NCBI GenBank assembly: GCA_963713045.1
Contig: CAVQKE010000003.1
Location: forward strand, 608,001 to 672,000
Direction: 5' to 3'
From: an uncultured delta proteobacterium
Lineage (GTDB): Bacteria; Myxococcota; Myxococcia; Myxococcales; Myxococcaceae
Length of the DNA stretch: 64,000 nucleotides
Shown one piece after another: positions 1-10,670 of the stretch; position 1 is the first letter of the stretch, and every line of letters starts with the position of its first letter. The notes beneath the pieces are model-generated. The model had not been told where the DNA came from. It saw nothing but the letters and a program-made list of their open reading frames with translations, and did not search any database. Position numbers and translations under genes: made by a program.

Positions 1-867
1 GCCACGCCCATCACCACCGCGGGGCAGCCTGTCTTGCAGAACCCCAGCCGGACCCCCACCGACTCAGCCACCACCACCGGCGCGGTCTACTTGGGAACGG
101 TGTCGCAGCTCAGTCCCGGCCGCACCCTGGGAAGCGTCAACCATGCCACCATCCAACGCGTCATCAACGTACAGGGCAACGCCGTGGGACGAGATTTGGG
201 CGCCATCGGCGCCGACATCAAGAAGTCCATCGCCGGACTGAAGGACGTGCCCCCCACCATGCGCATCACACTGCGCGGCCAAATCGAGAGCATGAACACC
301 TCCTTTTCCAGCCTCGCCGGTGGACTGGTGCTCGCCATCCTCCTCGTCTACCTGCTGATGGTGGTGCTCTTTCAGTCCTGGATTGACCCATTCATCATCA
401 TGATTGCCGTCCCGGGCGCCCTGGTGGGGGTGCTGTGGATGCTGGCCATCACCGGCACCACCCTCAACGTCGAGTCCTTCATGGGGACCATCATGGCGGT
501 GGGCATCGCCGTCTCGAACAGCATCCTGTTGGTGAACTTCGCCAATGAGATTCGCGTCGAGCAAAACCTCGGCGCCCTGGAAGGTGCCCTCGAGGCTGGG
601 AAGACGCGCCTGCGCCCGGTGCTGATGACGGCACTGGCGATGATTATCGGCATGCTGCCGATGGCCTTTGCCCTGGGTGAGGGTGGTGAGCAGAATGCGC
701 CCCTTGGCCGAGCGGTCATTGGCGGGCTGTTGATGGCCACGGTGGTTACCCTGTTCCTCGTACCGTTGGTGTACAGCGCCCTGCGCAAAGCGCCTCCCAG
801 CGCCCACCGCCTGGACGAGCAGTTCTCTGAGGAGAGCGAAGGTGCAAGCGCTGGAGCCCGAGGATGA
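1..867 (+). CDS. RND efflux transporter permease subunit (AcrB/CusA family), C-terminal part; runs off window
   Basis: TM helices and RND motifs LFQSWIDPFIIM, GIAVSNSILLV, RLRPVLMTALAMIIGMLP, PLGRAVIGGL. Confidence 0.93.
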   Translation, partial: ATPITTAGQPVLQNPSRTPTDSATTTGAVYLGTVSQLSPGRTLGSVNHATIQRVINVQGNAVGRDLGAIGADIKKSIAGLKDVPPTMRITLRGQIESMNTSFSSLAGGLVLAILLVYLLMVVLFQSWIDPFIIMIAVPGALVGVLWMLAITGTTLNVESFMGTIMAVGIAVSNSILLVNFANEIRVEQNLGALEGALEAGKTRLRPVLMTALAMIIGMLPMAFALGEGGEQNAPLGRAVIGGLLMATVVTLFLVPLVYSALRKAPPSAHRLDEQFSEESEGASAGARG

Positions 868-2102
868 GCATGAATCCAAATGAAGCAACCCCACCCAGCG
901 GCCCGCCCGACGCGCCGCCCAGACGCCCCGTCGGGCTGACGCTGATTTCGCTGGCGGTGGTGGTGGTGAGCATCCTCGGCGTCGTCTTCTTCGCTTGGCG
1001 CCGTCACAGCGCCGAGGCGGCCGAAGTCAAAAGCCGAAACATCGCCCTGGCCAAGGGGAACACCGTCCAAACCACGCAGGTGACGGTGTCCCCGTCGGAA
1101 CAGCTGCTGACCTTGCCGGCCGAAGTCCGCGGCTGGGCCCAGGTGACGCTGTACGCCAAAGTGGCTGGCTATGTCCGCGAGATTCCGGTCGACAAAGGCA
1201 CTCGCGTCAAAAAGGGCGACTTGCTGGCGCGACTCGAATCCCCCGAAACGGACCAAGCGGTTGCGGCCGCGCGGGCGGACCTGGTCCTGAAGCGGCAGCT
1301 GCTGCAAAGGACGGAAGCGCTGCGTCCGGACGGCGTTGTCTCTCAACAAGACTTGGACAACGCCACCGGCGCCGTCCGTGTGTCCGAAGCCACCCTTCAG
1401 CAGGCCCTCGCGCAGCAGTCGTATGAAGTCATCCGCGCCCCGTTCAGCGGAACCGTCACCGCGCGCTACGTCGACGTTGGCGCACTCGTCCCGTCCGGCA
1501 CCGGCAACACGTCGGCGGTCCAGCCGGTGGTGGACTTGGCCGACGTCGACGTGCTGCGGGTGCAGGTGTACGTCGGTCAGGGGGACGCGGCCCGGCTTCA
1601 AGACGGCGATTCGGTGAGCGTCGTCTCAGACAGCGACCCCTCCCATCCAATTGAGGCCAAGGTGAGTCGGAAGGCGATGGGCCTCGACCCCAGGACGCGC
1701 ACCATGCTGGTGGAGGCCGACCTGGACAACCGGCCGGCGCGCCTCTTTCCCGGCCAGTACGTCAAGGCCACCCTTCGCCTCCGCGGTGCCCGCACGCCTC
1801 TGGTGCCCGGAGAAGCCCTCACCTGGCGCGGAGACAAACTCTTCGTCGCGGTGGTGCAGGACGGCCACGTGCACCTGCAGCAGGTACAGGCGGGCGATGA
1901 CAGCGGACGCGTGGTGCAAATTCTGAGCGGCCTCCAAGGGGGAGAGGTGGTCATCCTCAACCCGAGCCCCGAGCTCTCCGACGGCGACCGGGTCCAAGTC
2001 GCGAAACCCGCAGCTCCGCCGCCGCCGCCGACGCCCACCGCACAAGCCGCTGCGCCGAGCCCGGGGGCAGTCCCCGGTGCAGGGCTTCCCGCCGCTCGCT
2101 AA
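864..2102 (+). CDS. RND efflux periplasmic adaptor (membrane fusion protein)
   Basis: N-terminal TM, lipoyl-like YAKVAGYV..VDKG..VKKGDLLA, IRAPFSGTV, DPRTRTM; ATGA overlap with the permease. Confidence 0.92.
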   Translation: MSMNPNEATPPSGPPDAPPRRPVGLTLISLAVVVVSILGVVFFAWRRHSAEAAEVKSRNIALAKGNTVQTTQVTVSPSEQLLTLPAEVRGWAQVTLYAKVAGYVREIPVDKGTRVKKGDLLARLESPETDQAVAAARADLVLKRQLLQRTEALRPDGVVSQQDLDNATGAVRVSEATLQQALAQQSYEVIRAPFSGTVTARYVDVGALVPSGTGNTSAVQPVVDLADVDVLRVQVYVGQGDAARLQDGDSVSVVSDSDPSHPIEAKVSRKAMGLDPRTRTMLVEADLDNRPARLFPGQYVKATLRLRGARTPLVPGEALTWRGDKLFVAVVQDGHVHLQQVQAGDDSGRVVQILSGLQGGEVVILNPSPELSDGDRVQVAKPAAPPPPPTPTAQAAAPSPGAVPGAGLPAAR

Positions 2103-2368
2103 CGAAGGCGCCCACCGAAGCTGGCCGCATCCGCTGCAGCCGCCGTCCACCCCGGCGAGGCAACGCCGTCGCTTCCAAGACACTGCGTGAAGAAGGGTGT
2201 GTGCGCTGGAACCTGAGCGCAGCCTACCGGCGCACGTGTGCACAGGAGGTAGGTTGGTCAACCACTCCGGCGCGAACTTGTCGCCTTGCGAACACCGAAG
2301 CGCAGTCTCGTAAACTCTCGGGACGGCGCCCTTCGGGCTCATCCCGTGGGTGACGCTGCGCCCCCACA

Positions 2369-4372
2369 ATGAAGACTCCCTTACGCAGCGGTGAGTTTCC
2401 TGAATCTTCCCTCCACGAAGTTCTAGACTTCTATTGCCACAACGGCCAAACGGCCGCCGTCTCCATCAGCATCCCGCGGCCCAGCGGCGGAGAGGTGACC
2501 GGAACGTTCTTCGTCGAGTCGGGTGTCCTCGTCGATGCGCGTTTCGACGGTCGTGACGGAGCCGAGGCCGTGCGCCAGGCGCTGGGTGTCACGCTTGGCA
2601 AGTACCAAGTCGAGCTCGGCTCCCGCAGCCCGCGCCGCACAGTTCATGAGTCGTGGGAGACGCTGTCCACTCCCTCCGCGCCTGAGCGCCCAGCCCCTCC
2701 GAAGCTGTACCCAGTGGAGGGCGGTGGCGGAACAAAGGCCGCCCCGACGCCACCTCCGGCGCCGCGGCTCACTCCCCAGCGCCCCACGGCTGCCGCCGTT
2801 CCGCCAAGACTTCCCTCGTCGCAAAGCGGCGCGCACCACAGCCCGCCGCCGGGGCTTGGCACTTCCGGGCCGCTGCACACTCCCGCCCAACGCCAGACCG
2901 GGCCCCTCTATCCGTCCGGGCTCAGCACCTCGGGGCCGCTGCACACCACGGCCGGCACTTCGGGGCCGCTTCAGACGTCAGGCCCCACCACCTCGCCTTT
3001 CAGCGGCCCACACACCCCTCCGGCCCGCGGCCAGCCAGACGCCGGCAGCGCGCCCTTCTCCAGCGTTCGCCGAGAGGGGCAAAAGAGTCGGCTTCTGCAG
3101 CTGGTGGTCGCATTCAGCCTCGCGTCTGTCGTCGGCATCGCGCTGTCACTGGGCGCCGCCCACCTCTACAACCGCTACCTCAGCCCCCAACCGGTGGCCG
3201 CCAAGAAGCCTGCCGAAGCGCCGACGCCGGCGCCAGCGGCTGCGGCGGCGGCCGTTCCTGGCATCACCGACACCGAGGTGACGCTCGGCATGGCTGCGCC
3301 CCTGACCGGCGTGTCGAAAGAACTCGGTCGGCAAATGCGGCTCGGCCTGGACGCGGCTTTCGCGCGTACCAACGCCGCCGGCGGAGTCAACGGCAGGACG
3401 GTGAAGCTGATTGCGCTGGATGACGGCTATGAGCCGGCACGCACCAAGGACGTGATGCGCGAGTTGGCCGAGCATCGCGGCGTCTTCAGCTTCATCGGGA
3501 ATGTGGGGACCCCCACCGCCGCGGTTGCCGTTCCCTACGCGCTCGAGAGGAAGATGCTCTTCTTCGGCCCCTTCACCGGCGCAGGGCTTCTGCGCAAGGA
3601 CCCGCCGGACCGCTACGTCTTCAACTACCGGGCCAGCTACATGGAGGAGACGGCAGCCATCGTTCGCTACCTGGTGGAAGTCCGGCACATCAAACCGGAG
3701 CAGATTGCCGTCTTCGCCCAAGACGACAGCTATGGAGATGCCGGGTTCCAGGGCGTGGCCAAGGGACTTCGCCAGCTGAGGCGCAGCTCCAGCCCGATTC
3801 TGAAGGTGACGTACACGCGCAATACCGCGGATGTCTCCGACGCCGTGGCCCGCATCCTGGACAAAAAGGCCAATGTGGCCGCGGTGGTGATGGTCGCTAC
3901 CTACCGGCCCGCCGCCCGCTTCATCGAGAAGGTCCGCGAGCAACGGCCGGGGATGATTTTCACCAACGTCTCCTTCGTCGGCAGCGAGGCCCTGGCCGAG
4001 GAGCTGTTGCAGCTCGGCCCACAGTTCGCCCAGGGCGTCATCATCACCCAAGTGGTTCCTTTGCCCACCGGCCAGTCCACCGTGGGTTTGAAATACCGCG
4101 AAGCGCTGGCCAGCTTCGCCCCGGAGGAGAAGCCCGGCTTCATTTCCCTCGAGGGGTACGTGACGGGAACCCTCTTCGTCGAGGGGCTCAAGCTCGCCGG
4201 GCGCAACGTGACCGCCGACCGCCTGGTGGACGCCCTTGAGAACGTCCACGGCCTCGACCTCGGCCTGGGCGTCCCGTTGAGTTTCGGGCTTTCCGAGCAC
4301 CAGGCTTCGCACAAGGTGTGGGGCACGGTCCTCGACGGCAACGGGGCCTTCCAGCAACTCGAGCTGGAGTAG
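2369..4372 (+). CDS. DUF4388-like domain + Pro/Ser/Thr-rich linker + TM + type-1 periplasmic (branched-chain-type) ligand-binding domain
   Basis: N-term LRSGEFPESSLHEVL..G.FFVESG.LVDA; TM LVVAFSLASVVGIALSLG; PBP1 motifs GGVNGRTVKLIALDDGYEP, GNVGTPT, FNYRASY. Confidence 0.8.
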   Translation: MKTPLRSGEFPESSLHEVLDFYCHNGQTAAVSISIPRPSGGEVTGTFFVESGVLVDARFDGRDGAEAVRQALGVTLGKYQVELGSRSPRRTVHESWETLSTPSAPERPAPPKLYPVEGGGGTKAAPTPPPAPRLTPQRPTAAAVPPRLPSSQSGAHHSPPPGLGTSGPLHTPAQRQTGPLYPSGLSTSGPLHTTAGTSGPLQTSGPTTSPFSGPHTPPARGQPDAGSAPFSSVRREGQKSRLLQLVVAFSLASVVGIALSLGAAHLYNRYLSPQPVAAKKPAEAPTPAPAAAAAAVPGITDTEVTLGMAAPLTGVSKELGRQMRLGLDAAFARTNAAGGVNGRTVKLIALDDGYEPARTKDVMRELAEHRGVFSFIGNVGTPTAAVAVPYALERKMLFFGPFTGAGLLRKDPPDRYVFNYRASYMEETAAIVRYLVEVRHIKPEQIAVFAQDDSYGDAGFQGVAKGLRQLRRSSSPILKVTYTRNTADVSDAVARILDKKANVAAVVMVATYRPAARFIEKVREQRPGMIFTNVSFVGSEALAEELLQLGPQFAQGVIITQVVPLPTGQSTVGLKYREALASFAPEEKPGFISLEGYVTGTLFVEGLKLAGRNVTADRLVDALENVHGLDLGLGVPLSFGLSEHQASHKVWGTVLDGNGAFQQLELE

Positions 4373-4729
4373 CTCCGGCCGGTGGTTTGGGCGGGGGCCG
4401 CCGTGGGTTGATGGCGTGTGCGCCCTGCTCGACGACGCCGAACATGGCGCGGGGGGTCGGAATTCGGCCGCCGGGCCGAGAGCGGATGCACTGACCACGG
4501 CGCTGGCAGCGTGGGCTTCCTTGCCGGCGAGCGCGCGGTGCGCGGCCTCCACGGGCAGCCGCCCCGCCTGGACGGACTGACGGACGGAGACGTGCCGTCG
4601 AGCACTGACTTCCGGCAGCCTTTACGGGGCAGTTCTCCCCGACTGGGCTTGCCGTCGCCCGGGCCAAGGTGCTGGGGCCAGCGGCGGTGCTGGGCGTCCT
4701 GCGTCCACCGACGTGACGCGACCGGCCGA

Positions 4730-6424
4730 CTAGGAAGGCGGGGGGGTTGCTGGCGCCTCGGGCATTGCCCATTGCAGCAGCGGAGCCAGGGCCACCACCA
4801 ACAGGCAGCCAACGACGTTGTACCAAAGGAAGCCCAAATGGCCGAAGGCGGCTGTGGCCAGCACGGCGGCCTCGCCAACAACGGTGGCCCAGAAGGCGGC
4901 TCGTCCTCGCACTCCTGACAGGAAGAAGCCAACGAGGAAGACGCCCAGCATCGGCCCGTAGAAGAGGGAACCGAGGATGTTGACGGCTTGGATGAGGTTG
5001 TCGAGTAGGGCGGCGAAGGCGGCGAACGCCACCGCCACCAGGCCCCAGCCGGCGGTGGCCAGCCGCGCCACCAGCAACGTCCTCTGGTCGCTCGCCTGCG
5101 GGTAACGCGGCCGATAAAAGTCCACCACCGTGGTGGCTCCCAGCGAGGAGAGCGCCGCCGAGTTGGCCGACATCGCCGCGGAGAGAATGACGGCGATGAG
5201 CAGACCGATGAGCCCGCGCGGGAAGTGGTCCAACACAAAACGCAGAAAAATGAAGTCGGAGTCCTTCGCGTCCGCTCCAGGCAGCGCCTTGGCAACCAAC
5301 ATTCCGGCCTCCCTGCGCAGGCCCACCAGGCGAGCCTGGTCTGCGCGCAGTTCGGCACGAGCGGCTGCGACCATCTCCGGAGCGGCTCCTGGCGCGAGAA
5401 AACGGTCGATGACGGCGCGTTGTTCTGCAAACAGCGCCGCGTGTGCCTGCTCCAACTGGGCCACCGCGGCACCCTGCTGCGCGCGTGCCCGTTCCCACTC
5501 AGCCCCATTGTAGAAGAGTGGCCCCGGGCTGAGTTGGTAGAAGACAAAAACCATGACGCCGATGAAAAGAATGAAGAGCTGCATCGGCACCTTGAGCAGC
5601 CCATTCATCAACAGCCCGAGCCGACTCTCGGCCAGCGGGCCACCGGCCAAGTAACGCTGCACCTGCGATTGGTCTGTCCCGAAGTAGGCAAGCTGAATGA
5701 AGAGACCGCCGAGCAAGCCCGACCACACGGTGTAGCGGGCACCGAAGTTCAGCGAGAAGTCGACGCCCTGGAGTTTGCCAAGCGCCCCGGCCAACGACAC
5801 TCCCTGGCCGAAGGACACGCCCGGTGGCAGTCGCATGACGGCGATGGTCAGCGCCGCCACCAGCCCGACCGAGATGACCGCCATCTGAGCAGACTGGGTG
5901 CGGCTGACGGCCCGGCTCCCGCCAAGCACGGTGTAGAGGATGGTGGTAGCGCCCAGGAGGAAATTGGTCCACAGCGCCGGCCAGCCGAGGACGGCAGAGA
6001 GCACCACCGCTGGCGCGTAGATGGCCAGCCCGGACGCCAATCCGCGAGACACTAAAAACAAGAGCGCGGTGAATTGCCGCGTTCTCCGGTCAAAGCGTTC
6101 CTCCAAGTACTGGTAGGCGGTGTACAGCCGGAGCCGGTGGTAGATGGGGAGGATGATGGCCGACAGCAGCACCATCGCCAGCGGCAGCCCGAAGTAAAAT
6201 TGAACAAAGCCGATGCCTTGCTGATAGGCCTGCCCGGGCAGGGAGAGAAAAGTGATGGCACTGGCCTGCGTGGCAATGACGGACAAGCCAATCGTCCACC
6301 ACCGGATGTCCTTGCCAGCACGAAGGAAGGATTCGGTGCTGCCCACCCCGCGGCTCTTCCAGGAACCGTAAGCGACAATCCCGGCCAACGTTGCAGCCAG
6401 GACCACCCAGTCCAGCGGGCTCAC
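4730..6424 (-). CDS. Sodium:solute symporter family protein
   Basis: SSS motifs GLSVIATQASAITF, YLEERFD, YFGTDQSQVQRYL; many TM helices. Confidence 0.93.
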   Translation of the reverse strand: MSPLDWVVLAATLAGIVAYGSWKSRGVGSTESFLRAGKDIRWWTIGLSVIATQASAITFLSLPGQAYQQGIGFVQFYFGLPLAMVLLSAIILPIYHRLRLYTAYQYLEERFDRRTRQFTALLFLVSRGLASGLAIYAPAVVLSAVLGWPALWTNFLLGATTILYTVLGGSRAVSRTQSAQMAVISVGLVAALTIAVMRLPPGVSFGQGVSLAGALGKLQGVDFSLNFGARYTVWSGLLGGLFIQLAYFGTDQSQVQRYLAGGPLAESRLGLLMNGLLKVPMQLFILFIGVMVFVFYQLSPGPLFYNGAEWERARAQQGAAVAQLEQAHAALFAEQRAVIDRFLAPGAAPEMVAAARAELRADQARLVGLRREAGMLVAKALPGADAKDSDFIFLRFVLDHFPRGLIGLLIAVILSAAMSANSAALSSLGATTVVDFYRPRYPQASDQRTLLVARLATAGWGLVAVAFAAFAALLDNLIQAVNILGSLFYGPMLGVFLVGFFLSGVRGRAAFWATVVGEAAVLATAAFGHLGFLWYNVVGCLLVVALAPLLQWAMPEAPATPPPS

Positions 6425-6561
6425 ACGAAGGCCCTCGCCACAAGCGCAAGGAGAGCAATCTCCACCAGCAGGACGCCCAGGACGAGCGCATAGAGGCGCG
6501 GCCAGGTGCCGAGCGGCGGAGGAATATCCTCGGACGCGGCGGCCGGCCGCTCAGCCGCCAT
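6421..6561 (-). CDS. Small single-TM protein (46 aa) upstream of the symporter
   Basis: MAAERPAAASEDIPPPLGTWPRLYALVLGVLLVEIALLALVARAFV; overlaps both neighbours. Confidence 0.65.
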   Translation of the reverse strand: MAAERPAAASEDIPPPLGTWPRLYALVLGVLLVEIALLALVARAFV

Positions 6562-9022
6562 GGTCGACGAGGTTGGCGAAGAGGCGGAAAGCGCCAGGAA
6601 CGCCTGCAGGAAGCTGACGGAAAAACGACAGCCCGGTGTAGATGAACGAACCTTTACCGACTTGCGCGATGAGCAACGCGCCACGCAGCGGCTGCTCCCC
6701 AGGGTCATTCATCGCCAGCGGCACCGCGTAGCGGTTGTCCCAAGTCTCGGCGAAATAAAGCCCACGCTCCTGCACCCAAGCGTTCCAGTCCGACGGCCCA
6801 ATTGAGTTGGGCGTACGGAGGACTGGATGTGGAACCGACGTCACCGCCGCATCCTCATCGGTCACCCGCCCATGGCCGATGGTGAAGGGAAACGGGCCGA
6901 GATTCGGCGGGCCAGACGAAGGCCAGCTGGTGGTGTTGTACTGGACGATGACCGTTCCACCCGCGTCGACATACGCCATCAGCTTGTCGTGGAGCGTTGA
7001 GAGTCGTGGCTCGACGTTAAAGGCCCGCACCCCGAAGACAACAGTCTCAAAGCGGCTGAGCGGCTGCTCTTTGAGGTCGGCAAAACTGAGCGGCGTCACG
7101 TCATAGCCGACTTGCCGCAGCGCGTCGGGAACCTCGTCACCGGGGCCCGGGACATAGCCGACCCGCTGACGCGCGTGACGGACGTCCACACGCGTCAGCC
7201 TCACCTCGGCGGGAGGAAGCCAGGTCTGGATGGGAATGTGCCCGTAGTCGATGTGCTGAAGGCCGCGGTCGAAGCGTTTGCCCCCCACCGTCGCGACCGC
7301 ACGTAACACTCCACTGGCTGACTCGTTCGGAGGCTGGACACGGAAGGCGAGCGTCACCTCGCCTGCCTTCGCCAGTGTGAAGGGAAGGCTTTGCGGCGCG
7401 ATGGTGAAGCCCGCGGGAGCCTCGAGCGCGAGCGTTCCCGAGGCACCGGACACGCTGCGGAGGGTGACATTCAACACCTTGGCATTCGCATCCGGAAACA
7501 GAAGCAGCTTGCCTTCCGGGTCGACCGTCACCGCGGGCAGGACTTCCAGCCGGCGGTAGCGTTCTCCCAGCACCGGGTCCACCCACTTGTAGGTGACCGG
7601 CCGCCGGACCACGAGGGACTGCTCGCCAAAACCAAACGACAGCTCGGCCTCGAGCGGAGCGGGCTCCTCGGGGAGTCCGACCATTGCCGGGTCCCGCACC
7701 GGGTACTGTCCGGCACTGCTCGGCAGCTCTAGCCACACCGGGTTACTCAGCCGCGCATCCATCGGGACACTGAGGCTTTCTTTGAGGTCAAAGGGTTGAC
7801 CCGTCTCGAGCGGCCGGACCGTCTTCACGGTACGCCCGGGAAGGCGGACCTCCTCCAGCGACACCTTCGTCGGGCGGCGCACCAGCGCCGTCACCGTCAG
7901 CGGAATGGTGGCCCCAGGCGAGGTGCTGGGGCCCGCGCCGACGACCTCGGCAAATAGTCCGGCACAGCCGACAATCGCCCGCTCCAGCTCGGACAGCTTC
8001 TCGGCCTTCCAGGGGTTATCCGGAAGCCGGAGGAGTTCCGCCCGTGCAGCGAGCAGGCCCGGGAGTGCAGCCTCCGGCGTGGCCGTGCGGAAAGCGGCGC
8101 GGGCGCGCCGGAGCTCGGCCACCAGGCGTTCGCTGCCGGGCACCCGCGACCAGTCAAAGACCAGCCCGTCGAAGGGAGAGCTTTTCATCGGCTCGCCGCT
8201 GAGCAACTTGAAGAATTCGGGGTTGGGGCCGCGTCGACGAGCCGCTCCGAAGCCTTGGCTCTTGTGGTTGCTGCGGCTGTCGGCAGCGAGCTCCCCATAG
8301 GAAAGCCCGAGCCAAGGGTCATAGCCGCCGACGTCGAGCTGTGGAGAGCCGGCCAACTCTGGCTCAGGTGCACCGAAACCGGTGAACTGGTTCCACACCA
8401 CCCGCCTCACCTTCCAAGGTCCAAGACGGCGGTGTTCTGCATCAGGCATGTAGCTCGGGTCGGCAGCCAGCGCGGCCGCCTCGACCGCGAGCCGTGCGGA
8501 AGCGGTGTGTTGCCCGTGGGTGTCCAGCTTGCCAGTCGGAAAGCGCGTCATCACCACGTCGGGCCGGAAGCGGCGAATGGCCAAGACGACGTCGGCCAGC
8601 ACGGCGTCGTGCCCCCAAATGGCGAGGGACTCCTCAGGACTCTTCGAAAAGCCGAAGTCTCGGGCTCGGGTGAAAAGCTGCTCGGCACCGTCCAGGGAGC
8701 GCGCCGCCAGCAGCTCCTGGGTGCGGATGAGACCCAGGCCAGGGCCCAGCTCGGGGCCGATGAGGTTTTGACCCCCGTCGCCACGCGTCACAGACAGGTA
8801 GCCGGCGCGCAGCAGCATCCCGTTGGAAAGGAAAGCGAGCAGCCGGGTGTTCTCATCGTCCGGGTGGGCGGCCACATACAGCACGTTGCCGACCACCAGC
8901 AGCCGGTCCAGAAGACGCTCCAAATGCGCACCATCCGGCTGCACCGGACGCAATGGAGGCTCAGCTAAAGCGGTAGAGACGAGCAGGGTGAGAGCCAAGG
9001 GCACACCGGGAAATCGACGCAT
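6551..9022 (-). CDS. Long secreted PIG-L/LmbE-family deacetylase with C-terminal GATase-like domain
   Basis: AHPDDE metal motif, TRGDGGQN, HGQH; signal-peptide-like MRRFPGVPLALTLLVSTALA; start taken at ATG 9022. Confidence 0.88.
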   Translation of the reverse strand: MRRFPGVPLALTLLVSTALAEPPLRPVQPDGAHLERLLDRLLVVGNVLYVAAHPDDENTRLLAFLSNGMLLRAGYLSVTRGDGGQNLIGPELGPGLGLIRTQELLAARSLDGAEQLFTRARDFGFSKSPEESLAIWGHDAVLADVVLAIRRFRPDVVMTRFPTGKLDTHGQHTASARLAVEAAALAADPSYMPDAEHRRLGPWKVRRVVWNQFTGFGAPEPELAGSPQLDVGGYDPWLGLSYGELAADSRSNHKSQGFGAARRRGPNPEFFKLLSGEPMKSSPFDGLVFDWSRVPGSERLVAELRRARAAFRTATPEAALPGLLAARAELLRLPDNPWKAEKLSELERAIVGCAGLFAEVVGAGPSTSPGATIPLTVTALVRRPTKVSLEEVRLPGRTVKTVRPLETGQPFDLKESLSVPMDARLSNPVWLELPSSAGQYPVRDPAMVGLPEEPAPLEAELSFGFGEQSLVVRRPVTYKWVDPVLGERYRRLEVLPAVTVDPEGKLLLFPDANAKVLNVTLRSVSGASGTLALEAPAGFTIAPQSLPFTLAKAGEVTLAFRVQPPNESASGVLRAVATVGGKRFDRGLQHIDYGHIPIQTWLPPAEVRLTRVDVRHARQRVGYVPGPGDEVPDALRQVGYDVTPLSFADLKEQPLSRFETVVFGVRAFNVEPRLSTLHDKLMAYVDAGGTVIVQYNTTSWPSSGPPNLGPFPFTIGHGRVTDEDAAVTSVPHPVLRTPNSIGPSDWNAWVQERGLYFAETWDNRYAVPLAMNDPGEQPLRGALLIAQVGKGSFIYTGLSFFRQLPAGVPGAFRLFANLVDHGG

Positions 9023-9065
9023 GCAGTAGGACGCGGTCGGAGGCACTGTTACGTTGCACCTTCGC

Positions 9066-10670
9066 ATGGCTTCTGACTTTTTCGCCTCCTTCATTGCTGG
9101 AGGGGCAGCGGCCCGCGCGTTGCTGCCCGTGCGCCCGCTTGACGAGGAAGCGTGGGACACGGCCATCCGGCGCGCAGCGGAGCGCCGCCCAGCAGAGGGA
9201 CTGGTCGAGGAGCTGAAACGGCAGACGGCCGCACTCCCAGCGTCCCGGAGGCGTGAGGAAAATGTTGCGCGGCTGGCACAACCGGGAACCACCGTCGTGG
9301 TGACCGGCCAGCAACCTGGTCTCTTCCTTGGGCCGCTCTTCACCCTCTTCAAGGCGGCCACTGCCGTCGCCCGCGCGCGATGGCTTTCCGAGCGGCACGG
9401 CCGCCCCTGCATTCCACTCTTTTGGCTGCAAACCGAAGACCACGACTGGGCCGAAATTGCGCGGACGGAGGTTCTCCTTCCCACCGGACGGCGCGCCGTT
9501 TTTCAGCTTCCCGCCGAGACTCGCGAGCAAGCGCGCGTCTCTCTCGCCCAGCGGACACTCCCCGCGGAAGTCGAGGAGCTCACCGCTGCCCTCACCGACG
9601 TGCTGGAGGCGCTGCCGCACGGCGCCGCCGTCGCCACTCTCGTCCGGCGGCACTACCGGGCGGGCGCCACTCCGGGGGCCGCGTTTGCCGGACTGCTGGC
9701 TGAGCTCTTCTCCGATGAAGGCCTCGTCCTGCTTGACCCGCGAACGGCCGCCATGGCGCGGCTCGCCTCGCCAGTGCTGCATCGCGCCATCCGCGACCAC
9801 GAGGCCATCGCCGAGGCCCTCGCCAACAGGTTTGAGGCTCTCGCCGAGCAGGGGTTCAGCGAGCAAGTCCACACCCGACCCGGTACTTCTCTGGCCTTTT
9901 TTCATCCCCGTGGGCCGAACGGCCCCCGCTACCGGCTGACTGCAACCCCCGCTGGCTTTTCGACCCCCGAGGGGACCGTCAGCCGCGCCGAGATTTTCAG
10001 CTGTCTCGAGCAGGACCCGCTGTGTTTCAGCACCTCGGCACTGTTGCGCCCGCTGGTCCAGGACACGCTGCTGCCCACCGCGGCCTACATCGGAGGCCCC
10101 GCCGAATGTGCCTACTTTGCCCAGCTGCCGCCGCTCTACGCCCTCTTCGGCCTCGCCATGCCGATGGTTGCGCCACGGGCCCGCTTTCGTCTGGTGGACG
10201 AGCGAACGGAGCGACGGCTCGAGCAGCTCGGCCTTCGCGCCGAAGACACCGACCGGGCGCAACAGGAGGTGGCCGCGCAGGTGCAGGCGCGGCCTTCGTG
10301 GCTACCGCCAGCCGAGTGGCTTCGAGCTCGACTCCTAGGTCCACTCGAACGCGAACTCGCATCGCTGCTTCCCCATGCCGTCCGCCTCGAGCCGAAACTC
10401 GAGCGAAATGTGCGCAAGACGCGGGACCACGCTGCCTACGGCGTCGAGAAGCTGGTCGCCAGGCTCGAGCGCGCCGCCCTGGCGCAAGACCGCGCTGCCG
10501 CCGAACGCCTTGAGCAAGTCTTCACCGCCTTGCGCCCGGGCGGGGTGCCGCAGGAGCGCGCCTATGGCTTTCCGGGGCCCGCCGCGTCGGTCGGTCCTCC
10601 CGCGCTGGTGAGGGCACTCGTCCAGGCAGCGCAGCCTCTCTCGGCCGACGTGCGGAGCCTTCACTTGTGA
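9066..10670 (+). CDS. bshC: Bacillithiol biosynthesis cysteine-adding enzyme BshC
   Basis: VVTGQQPGLFLGPL..FK, PLFWLQTEDHDWAE, LLRPLVQDTLLPT.AYIGGPAE.AYFAQ, PQER. Confidence 0.92.
   Translation: MASDFFASFIAGGAAARALLPVRPLDEEAWDTAIRRAAERRPAEGLVEELKRQTAALPASRRREENVARLAQPGTTVVVTGQQPGLFLGPLFTLFKAATAVARARWLSERHGRPCIPLFWLQTEDHDWAEIARTEVLLPTGRRAVFQLPAETREQARVSLAQRTLPAEVEELTAALTDVLEALPHGAAVATLVRRHYRAGATPGAAFAGLLAELFSDEGLVLLDPRTAAMARLASPVLHRAIRDHEAIAEALANRFEALAEQGFSEQVHTRPGTSLAFFHPRGPNGPRYRLTATPAGFSTPEGTVSRAEIFSCLEQDPLCFSTSALLRPLVQDTLLPTAAYIGGPAECAYFAQLPPLYALFGLAMPMVAPRARFRLVDERTERRLEQLGLRAEDTDRAQQEVAAQVQARPSWLPPAEWLRARLLGPLERELASLLPHAVRLEPKLERNVRKTRDHAAYGVEKLVARLERAALAQDRAAAERLEQVFTALRPGGVPQERAYGFPGPAASVGPPALVRALVQAAQPLSADVRSLHL

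Noticed and set aside
6551..9022. Naming the PIG-L gene bshB
   Set aside because: It is far longer than BshB and has a signal peptide; its function is unproven.
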